Shown: positions 1 through 6,769 of the stretch, piece after piece
Layout: each line of letters begins with the position of its first letter
Numbering within the stretch: position 1 is the stretch's first letter
Assembly: GCA_903825695.1 (NCBI GenBank)
Contig: CAIKBP010000137.1
Location: forward strand, 1-28,603
DNA length: 28,603 bases
From: an uncultured Verrucomicrobiota bacterium
GTDB taxonomy: Bacteria; Verrucomicrobiota; Verrucomicrobiia; Palsa-1439
Direction: 5' to 3'
Translations under genes and position numbers: made by a program
The notes under the pieces: generated by a model
The model's database searches: none
Told to the model about the DNA's origin: nothing
What the model saw: only the letters and a program-made list of their open reading frames with translations

Positions 1-2
1 CG

Positions 3-317
3 CACGTCGGTCGGCTGGCGATGTTTTCAGGCAACGCACGCGTATCCATGGATGTGCCACCATTCACGCTTGCCGCCGAACGCAACGAAATCCACGCACT
101 CAACCTTGTTGGTCTTCGCCGCGCAAAGATTCCCACCGTGGGGTTGGCAGAACTCAAGCAGCTTTTCAAGCTGTTCTATCTCTCGGGGTTGAACGGCACC
201 GAAGCATTGAAACAGGCGTCGCAGGAAGGCGTGTTCCAGACATCCGAAGCCAAAGAGTTCATCGAATTCGTTCGCAACTCGCCCAACGGCATCTGTCCAC
301 CGGCCCGCAAGATGTAA
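3..317 (+). CDS. lpxA: Acyl-ACP--UDP-N-acetylglucosamine O-acyltransferase, C-terminal part (5'-truncated by the window edge)
   Basis: The frame is open from base 3: HVGRLAMFSGNARVSMDVPPF...LNLVGLRRAK...LKQLFKLFYLSGL. This matches the end of the hexapeptide region plus the LpxA C-terminal helical domain (DVPPF, LNxVGLRR motifs). Confidence 0.85.
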   Translation, partial: HVGRLAMFSGNARVSMDVPPFTLAAERNEIHALNLVGLRRAKIPTVGLAELKQLFKLFYLSGLNGTEALKQASQEGVFQTSEAKEFIEFVRNSPNGICPPARKM

Positions 318-962
318 TCAGCGTGGCAGAGTTTCGGTCAGCAGTTTACGCGAGCGCGGCGTTTTGCCGATATGTTCGTCCCAGAACGACCAGAGGGTTG
401 TTCGCACTTCTAGAACCTGTTTCTCGTTGAGCCGCACACGGCGGGCGCCTTCGACGCTTGCCACAGCCAGAGAATCGAGCATTCTGTTTGCCGCGCCATG
501 CACATTCCACTTCGGCGCCCAGCCAGCGGCTGTGAGCAATTGAAGCTCGAACCAGATCAACACGCTGGCGCGGCCGCGCGCCGTTTCGAGCGCATCAAGC
601 GCCGCAGACAACAGGTCGAACATCTTTGGGTTTGGGTCTTCCATCGCGGTAACCAGTTCGACGAGTTCACCAACGTAGGAGGCGGCGGTCAACGCCTCCA
701 CAGTGTCGCGGAATTTCGCGTGTGGATTTGCCAGAAAACAATCGTGCAGAATGTGCAAGTCGCTGCGCCGGCTGCGAAGAAAGACGATTTCGTCATGATA
801 AAAGAGGTCGAGCTTGCCGCGGAACGGGCTTTTGGGACGTCGAGCGCCTTTGGCGAGCGTCCTTACCCTCCCGAATTCGCGCGTGAACCAAGTCACGATC
901 AGACTGGATTCCGTTACGGATTGATGGCGCAGAACAATGGCTTCGGTGCGCTCCGTGTCCAT
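318..962 (-). CDS. recO: DNA repair protein RecO
   Basis: MDTERTEAIVLRHQSVTESSLIVTWFTREFGRVRTLAKGARRPKSPFRGKLDLF is the RecO N-terminal OB fold. Start set at ATG 962, just after the DUF502 stop, rather than 1025. Confidence 0.9.
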   Translation of the reverse strand: MDTERTEAIVLRHQSVTESSLIVTWFTREFGRVRTLAKGARRPKSPFRGKLDLFYHDEIVFLRSRRSDLHILHDCFLANPHAKFRDTVEALTAASYVGELVELVTAMEDPNPKMFDLLSAALDALETARGRASVLIWFELQLLTAAGWAPKWNVHGAANRMLDSLAVASVEGARRVRLNEKQVLEVRTTLWSFWDEHIGKTPRSRKLLTETLPR

Positions 963-966
963 GGGC

Positions 967-1602
967 TCACAACGGCGCAGGCGAGTGCTGGGCCTTTGGA
1001 GGATATGGCGGCGCGACTGTGCCACCGGAGATGACCATCTTCATCCCCTCGCCCACGGTCATGTCCAGTTCAACAAGTTGTTCACGAGGCACGAGGATAA
1101 GAAATCCGTTGGTCGGATTTGGCGTTGTGGGCACAAACACGTTGACGATCGCCTCTTTGGTCTTTTCCTGCGCTTCGCCCTCGGTCTTGCCGGTGACAAA
1201 GCCAATCGAATAGATGCCGGGCCGCGGAAACTGCACCAGCACCACGCCTTGAAACATTGTCCGCTTGCCGCCCAACACCGTCTGGCTGATTTCCTTCATA
1301 AACCCGTACGTCTTATTCAAGAGCGGCACATGCCCAATCACATCTTCTCCGAGAGCGACCATCCGTCTGCCGATTACCCACCGCGTGATCCAGCCAACAA
1401 GCATGGTAGCCGCCACAAACAGCACAAGCACAATGATCCGGTACAATGGCGTGAGGAGATGTTGCCGCAAGGATTCTGGCAACATGAAATCAGTGATCCA
1501 CGTGAACAACCACAATAAAATCAGAACCGATGCCGCGACCGGAACCACCAGCAGCAGTCCGGCGAAAAACGACCTCCGCAATGCTTTCAGCCACTCTTTC
1601 AT
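967..1602 (-). CDS. DUF502 family membrane protein
   Basis: Two N-terminal TM helices followed by VLVQFPRPGIYSIGFVT and VFVPTTPNPTNGFL...DMTVGEGMKMVISGG, the hallmark DUF502 motifs. Confidence 0.85.
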   Translation of the reverse strand: MKEWLKALRRSFFAGLLLVVPVAASVLILLWLFTWITDFMLPESLRQHLLTPLYRIIVLVLFVAATMLVGWITRWVIGRRMVALGEDVIGHVPLLNKTYGFMKEISQTVLGGKRTMFQGVVLVQFPRPGIYSIGFVTGKTEGEAQEKTKEAIVNVFVPTTPNPTNGFLILVPREQLVELDMTVGEGMKMVISGGTVAPPYPPKAQHSPAPL

Positions 1603-1636
1603 ATTTGCGGTATCGTAGTGCCGCCATGTGGCTATG

Positions 1637-2098
1637 TCAACGCGCGCCGGTCTGAGCCGGTTTTAACAAAGCCCGCAATTCAAAGTCCGTGGCAAGCACG
1701 GTCATCAACCGCCGTTCGGCGGCGCGCATTCGTGTGCGGGGCCGCGGTAACAGGTCATCGTAGCCGTGCAAATGGAGAATACCGTGGACGACGTACAGGC
1801 CCAATTCGCAGGACGGCGTCGAGTGGAAACGTTTTGCCTGCACGATGGCGCGCTCGACGGATATGACAAGTTCGCCGGTTACCTCGCCAGCGCCGTAATC
1901 GAACGTCAAGACATCCGTCGAGCCTTCACGTTGATGAAACTGTTTGTTGAGGCGGGCAATTGCGGCGTCGTCCACCAGGACGATGTTGAGGTTGTCTTTC
2001 GTCGCGCCGGCGAGCGCCAGGGCGCGCACGGCGATTTGCCTGAGGAGTCGGGTGTTGACCTTCCAACACCGTTGCCTGTTGCAGACGGTGACGTGCAT
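1637..2098 (-). CDS. ybeY: rRNA maturation endoribonuclease YbeY
   Basis: LNKQFHQREGSTDVLTF, GELVIS and HGILHLHGYDD motifs. ATG 2098 overlaps the phoH stop (TGATG); the ORF track start at 2101 is TTG. Confidence 0.92.
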   Translation of the reverse strand: MHVTVCNRQRCWKVNTRLLRQIAVRALALAGATKDNLNIVLVDDAAIARLNKQFHQREGSTDVLTFDYGAGEVTGELVISVERAIVQAKRFHSTPSCELGLYVVHGILHLHGYDDLLPRPRTRMRAAERRLMTVLATDFELRALLKPAQTGAR

Positions 2099-3102
2099 CA
2101 AGACGGATTACTGTAAGTCGGTTGCGAATGTTCGTGTCGGCGCCGTCCCCGCGCTTCCTTAAATCGGTTGTATGCGCCGATGATTTTTTGCACGAGCTCG
2201 TGGCGAACGACATCGTGCTCGTCTAGGTAAACGAACACCAGTCCGGGAATTCCCTGAAGAACATCCTGCACCTCGATCAGCCCCGAGACTTTGTGGCCCG
2301 GCAAATCCACCTGTGTGATATCGCCCGTAACAACGACCTTCGAGTCAAAGCCCATGCGAGTAAGAAACATCAACATCTGCTCGCTGGTGGCGTTTTGAGC
2401 TTCGTCGAGAATTACAAACGCGTTGTTGAGCGTACGACCGCGCATGTAAGCCAGCGGCGCGATCTCGATGACACCGCACTCCATGTTCCGCTGGATTTCG
2501 TCGGGATCCATCATGTCGTAGAGCGCGTCGTACAGCGGGCGCAGATACGGCGTGACTTTCTCTTCGAGCGTACCTGGCAGGAAACCGAGTGCTTCGCCTG
2601 CCTCGACAGCGGGCCGGCATAGAATTAGGCGCGCAACCTGTTTCTGGCGCAGCGCGTGGACGGCCATCGCCATCGCAAGATAGGTCTTGCCCGTGCCCGC
2701 TGGCCCGATACCGATGACTATGTCATGGGTGCGGATCGCCTCTATGTAGCACTTCTGGCCAAGCGTCTTGGGCGCGATGGCCCGTTTGTGAGAGGAAACC
2801 TCGACGCGCGCTTTGCTCAGCTCGCCGAGCGATAGCCGTTCGCCGCGCGACACTGTGCTGACTGCCTGACTGAATTCCTGTCGGCTTATAGTTGCGCCTT
2901 GGGTGACAGCGCGTTCTAGTTCGGCAAACAACAATTTACCTCTCTCTACATCTGGTGTTTCGCCTTCGAGATTTATACGGTCTTCGCGCGCGGTGACCTT
3001 GAGATTCAGGAGGTCTTCGACAAGACGAAGATTCTTCGGTTCGTTCGCGTAAAGGGCCTGGGCTTGGCGAGCGTTGGTGAAGTGCAGGGTTTCGCTGGGC
3101 AT
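2098..3102 (-). CDS. phoH: PhoH family ATPase (PhoH-like/YbeZ)
   Basis: Walker A GPAGTGKT, RPAVEAGEALGFLPG, APLAYMRGRTL and ILDEAQN motifs; canonical position upstream of ybeY. Confidence 0.93.
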   Translation of the reverse strand: MPSETLHFTNARQAQALYANEPKNLRLVEDLLNLKVTAREDRINLEGETPDVERGKLLFAELERAVTQGATISRQEFSQAVSTVSRGERLSLGELSKARVEVSSHKRAIAPKTLGQKCYIEAIRTHDIVIGIGPAGTGKTYLAMAMAVHALRQKQVARLILCRPAVEAGEALGFLPGTLEEKVTPYLRPLYDALYDMMDPDEIQRNMECGVIEIAPLAYMRGRTLNNAFVILDEAQNATSEQMLMFLTRMGFDSKVVVTGDITQVDLPGHKVSGLIEVQDVLQGIPGLVFVYLDEHDVVRHELVQKIIGAYNRFKEARGRRRHEHSQPTYSNPS

Positions 3103-3161
3103 CGATCAGCCTTTATTCAGCGCCTGTCGGCGACAACCGCAATTGCCGCTCTTGCCCGGGT

Positions 3162-3725
3162 TCAATCCCACGGAATCGTAAACACCTGACCGGGGAAGAT
3201 CCGGTTCGGGTTCTTGATCTTGCCTTTGTTGGCGCGGTAAATGCGGCCCCATTTGAACGGGTTGTGGTACACTTTGCCGGCGATCTTCCAAAGGCAGTCA
3301 CCTTTCCTGACCTTGTAGGTCGTCGGCTTCGTGGGCGTCTCCACTTGTGGCGCTTCGCTTGGCACAATGACCGGAGGCATGGCGAGAGGTGATGACTGTT
3401 CTTCCACGGACAGCGGTTGAGGCGACGGCGGCTGGCCAACAATGTACCCACGATTACCCCACTGCCCGCGGTCAACCCAGTAATGTTTCCGCCAAGACGG
3501 GTAATTGCGTTTTACGAACGGCCCCCAGTCCGGCTCAAGCTCCGGCCGCTCGGCCACTTCCAAGCCTCTCAGGAACTGATTGGAAGTCGGCGCGCCCATC
3601 GCACCGCCCCTAGCGGCACGCGCGGATTCGGCAGGTTTTTTTGCTGTCGCGCAACCACTTAGCACCAATACGCCAACGGTCGACGCAGCAAGGCAAATCA
3701 GCAAACGACTACTGGTAGCACTCAT
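3162..3725 (-). CDS. LysM peptidoglycan-binding lipoprotein
   Basis: Lipobox LSGC at residue 25, a Pro-rich linker, and a C-terminal LysM (YKVRKGDCLWKIAGKVY...IYRAN...IKNPNRIFPGQVFTIP). SD AAGGAGG lies 12 nt upstream of the ATG. Confidence 0.85.
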   Translation of the reverse strand: MSATSSRLLICLAASTVGVLVLSGCATAKKPAESARAARGGAMGAPTSNQFLRGLEVAERPELEPDWGPFVKRNYPSWRKHYWVDRGQWGNRGYIVGQPPSPQPLSVEEQSSPLAMPPVIVPSEAPQVETPTKPTTYKVRKGDCLWKIAGKVYHNPFKWGRIYRANKGKIKNPNRIFPGQVFTIPWD

Positions 3726-3868
3726 GATTGGACACGTCCTCCTTGCATAAAAGTCATGCTTTTCCTAACATGAGCGCAATACCCCGTCAATGTTTTTCGC
3801 CGCTTTTTTGCACCTTTACGGCGCGCAGCTTAGGAGACGGGCGTACGAGTTGCGCGACAGGTTTTTCA

Positions 3869-3897
3869 TTGAAAGGGATTGAACGCATTCCTATACT
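3869..3897 (+). promoter_or_regulatory. Putative sigma70 promoter for the DUF3108 operon
   Basis: TTGAAA (3869-3874), 17-bp spacer, TATACT (3892-3897). Confidence 0.65.
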
Positions 3898-3915
3898 GTG
3901 AGTGTCCCACATGCG

Positions 3916-4749
3916 ATGAAACGAACTCTTCTGGTAGTCGGCCTTTTGGCGGGCACTGCAACAGCGGTCTGTGCCAACGCAGCCTCGTTTCCATTTTCCG
4001 TTGGTGAGAAGCTGACCTATCAGGTCTATTGGGGGTTTTTCCCGGTGGGACGGGCTTCGTTGGAGGTGCGCAATATCGAACCAGTGGACGGGCATGACTG
4101 TTATCATTTGGTTGCGAACGCGTGGACGACCGGCCTGGGAGAACTGCTGTTTCCGGTGAAAAACACGGTTGAAAGCTGGCTGGATGCCAAGGAACTGTTC
4201 AGCCGCAAATACAAGGAATCGCGCCGCGAGGGCAAGAGCGTGTACGATGACGAGATCGACTATGATTACCAGCACCGGCAAACCATCATCCGCAATGTAA
4301 CCAAGAACACCAAACGGGTCCTGCCGCTGGAGCAACCCGTTCTGGACATTATATCGTCGGTTTATTACATGCGCACACAGCAGTTGTTGCTGGATGCCGA
4401 GCAGGTTTTCTTTCTCAATGCGGGCACCACCAACTTCAACGTTGCTGTCACGCCCGACCAGCGTGTGACAATCTCAGTGGAACCACTTGGTAACGTGGAT
4501 GCGTTGCGGCTGGAACCGAAACCGACGCTGAAGATCGTTGCCCACAACAAAGGCCGCATGTGGTTCTGGGTCAGCGATGACGACCGTCATCTACCACTGC
4601 AAGTTGTGAGCCAAATGACGATTGGCAGCGCTCGGTTGGCGCTGAACAAGATCGAAACAATCGATGCCACGACCGGGGCGGCCATCGCGGCACTGCCGAC
4701 GGACATTCATCCCAATGCACAAGCGCCGCGAACTGCGAACAAGGATTAA
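3916..4749 (+). CDS. DUF3108-like exported protein
   Basis: Signal peptide MKRTLLVVGLLAGTATAVCANA, then FSVGEKLTYQVYWGFFPVGRA...LDIISSVYYMR...WVSDDDRHLPLQV, a pattern typical of DUF3108 beta-rich proteins. Confidence 0.75.
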   Translation: MKRTLLVVGLLAGTATAVCANAASFPFSVGEKLTYQVYWGFFPVGRASLEVRNIEPVDGHDCYHLVANAWTTGLGELLFPVKNTVESWLDAKELFSRKYKESRREGKSVYDDEIDYDYQHRQTIIRNVTKNTKRVLPLEQPVLDIISSVYYMRTQQLLLDAEQVFFLNAGTTNFNVAVTPDQRVTISVEPLGNVDALRLEPKPTLKIVAHNKGRMWFWVSDDDRHLPLQVVSQMTIGSARLALNKIETIDATTGAAIAALPTDIHPNAQAPRTANKD

Positions 4750-4750
4750 C

Positions 4751-5692
4751 ATGGACTTTCCTCCCCTCGATTTTCGAAGCATCCGCACTTATCCCTTGAG
4801 GGAACGCGAAAGCAAAGTCCACCGCGATGAACTGGCGCGCGCGTGGAATAAAGGCGGCAGCTTTTCCGAGTTCCTAAATTCCCTGCCACATATACTCGTC
4901 GGCAACGATTTCCGCGCAGTGGTTGATGCCACGGTGGCGGCGGTGCGCGGCCAGCGTCCGGTCTTGATCATGATGGGCGCACATCCAATCAAGTGCGGCC
5001 TGACCCCGGTCTTTGTGCATCTGATGCAACGCGGCGTCGTCTCGGCGATGGCGTTCAGCGGTGCAACTGCAATCCATGATTTCGAGTTGGCACTTGTCGG
5101 ACAGACGAGCGAAGATGTACAGCACGGTCTCAATGACGGCAGCTTCGGCATGGCCGACGAAACAGGCCGACTCATGAACCAAGCAATGGCGGACGGCGTG
5201 AAGCAGGGCATCGGCGCGGGGCAGGCGCTTGGCCAAGCCATCGTTACAGGCAACTTCCCGAACAAGCATCTCAGTATCCTGCACCAAGGAGTTCTTAGTA
5301 ATATCCCGATCACCGTCCATATCTCAATCGGCACGGATATTATCAACCAGCACCCGACAACCGATGGCGCGGTGCTTGGCGAGGCGAGCTACCTTGACTT
5401 TCAGAAACTCGCTTCGGTTGTGGCCAAACTGGAAGGCGGTCTGGCGTTGAACATTGGTTCGGCGGTCATCATGCCCGAAGTTTTCCTCAAGGCGTTGACC
5501 ATTGCCCGCAACCTTGGGCACACCGTTGACCATTTCACCACGGCCACGTTCGACATGATTCGCCAGTATCGGCCCATGGAGAACGTTGTGCGCCGACCCA
5601 CCGCGAAAGGCGGCCATGGTTATTATCTCATCGGTCACCACGAATTAATGATCCCCCTCTGGGCGGCGGCTGTTCTGGAGCAACTGCAATGA
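4751..5692 (+). CDS. Uncharacterised DHS-like NAD/FAD-binding-fold protein (related to deoxyhypusine synthase and the TIGR00300/ArgZ C-terminal domain)
   Basis: Segments LIMMGAHPIKCG...GATAIHDFE...TSEDV, IPITVHISIGTD, LNIGSAVIMPEVFLK and GHHE resemble the DHS-like fold. Start at ATG 4751 with AAGGA upstream. The fold is recognised by eye; the function is unknown. Confidence 0.7.
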   Translation: MDFPPLDFRSIRTYPLRERESKVHRDELARAWNKGGSFSEFLNSLPHILVGNDFRAVVDATVAAVRGQRPVLIMMGAHPIKCGLTPVFVHLMQRGVVSAMAFSGATAIHDFELALVGQTSEDVQHGLNDGSFGMADETGRLMNQAMADGVKQGIGAGQALGQAIVTGNFPNKHLSILHQGVLSNIPITVHISIGTDIINQHPTTDGAVLGEASYLDFQKLASVVAKLEGGLALNIGSAVIMPEVFLKALTIARNLGHTVDHFTTATFDMIRQYRPMENVVRRPTAKGGHGYYLIGHHELMIPLWAAAVLEQLQ

Positions 5693-6696
5693 GCAATCAT
5701 CGTGTAAAACAGATCCTGAATCGGTTTGCGCGGCAAACCGTCCTTGTCGTCGGTGACCTGATGCTGGACCAGTTCATATGGGGCAAGGTGTCGCGTATCT
5801 CACCCGAGGCACCCGTGCCGATTGTCGAGGTTACGCGCGAATCCTATTTTCCCGGCGGCGCAGCCAACGTGGCGCGTAACCTGCGGGCGCTCGGCGCCAG
5901 TGTGCGGATGCTCGGCGTAATAGGCGCCGACCAACCCGGACGCGAATTGCGCCGATTACTACAGCAGCAGGAAATCAATGCCGACGGTCTGTTGGTGGAT
6001 GATAGCCGGGGCACGACGTTAAAGATCCGCGTTGTCGCTCATCGCCAGCAGGTTGTGAGGATTGACCGTGAAAGCACCGAACAATTGCCCACAGCATTGG
6101 CGCGCAAACTACTCGACCGTTTTACCGAGGACTTATCGGGTGTGGACGCTGTAATCTTTGAAGACTACGCTAAAGGCGTGCTCTCGCAGGAACGGCTCAA
6201 CGCCATGCAACGGCTCGCGCGCCAGCAGCATAAGATCACCGCTGCCGACCCGAGTGCGCGCCATCCGTTGAAATTCTCGGGATTGACTGCCATCACGCCG
6301 AACCGCATGGAGGCATTTGCAGCGGCCCATGTGCCGTACGCGGAGCCAATTGACAATGTTTTGCAGGACCAGCCACTGCTCCACGTCGGCCAGATTCTTC
6401 TGAAACAGTGGAAGCCGCGCAACCTGTTGATTACTCTTGGCGAACATGGCATGTGCCTGTTCCGCCCCGGTAAGAAGCCACACCACATCCCAACGGCGGC
6501 GCGGGAGGTCTTCGACGTGTCGGGCGCGGGCGACACAGCGATTGCAACACTGGCGCTGGCGTTAACAGCAGGCGCGAGTGCCATTGAGGCGGCGGCAATC
6601 TCCAATCATGCCGCGGGCGTTGTTGTAGGCAAGATCGGTACGGCGACCTGCTCGCCGGATGAACTCGAGAAGAGTTTCACGCGCAATCGGCATTAG
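5689..6696 (+). CDS. rfaE1: D-glycero-beta-D-manno-heptose-7-phosphate kinase (PfkB family, stand-alone RfaE1/HldA domain)
   Basis: VLVVGDLMLDQFIWGKVSRISPEAPVP, GGAANVARN, DYAKG, TPN and EVFDVSGAGDT motifs. No adenylyltransferase domain. ATGA overlap with the upstream gene. Confidence 0.9.
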   Translation: MSNHRVKQILNRFARQTVLVVGDLMLDQFIWGKVSRISPEAPVPIVEVTRESYFPGGAANVARNLRALGASVRMLGVIGADQPGRELRRLLQQQEINADGLLVDDSRGTTLKIRVVAHRQQVVRIDRESTEQLPTALARKLLDRFTEDLSGVDAVIFEDYAKGVLSQERLNAMQRLARQQHKITAADPSARHPLKFSGLTAITPNRMEAFAAAHVPYAEPIDNVLQDQPLLHVGQILLKQWKPRNLLITLGEHGMCLFRPGKKPHHIPTAAREVFDVSGAGDTAIATLALALTAGASAIEAAAISNHAAGVVVGKIGTATCSPDELEKSFTRNRH

Positions 6697-6717
6697 CACC
6701 AGCCCTTACAGCGGCGC

Positions 6718-6742
6718 GTAGGGTGTCTGAGGGTGGCGCACC
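6718..6742 (+). repeat. Possible GTAG-type REP-like palindrome between convergent genes
   Basis: GTAG followed by the imperfect palindrome GGTGTC...GGCGCACC. Only one copy is seen in this window. Confidence 0.25.
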
Positions 6743-6769
6743 ACACATCCCGCATCCATGGTCCGACCA

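Noticed and set aside
3787-4335. 182-aa antisense ORF over the DUF3108 gene
   Set aside because: No motifs; it runs through the promoter region, and the plus-strand gene has a signal peptide and a promoter.
4751-5692. Calling this gene deoxyhypusine or homospermidine synthase and linking it to the polyamine genes
   Set aside because: The DHS catalytic GGGxxK motif is missing, the gene is coupled to the heptose kinase, and it lies 22 kb from pdaD/aguB.
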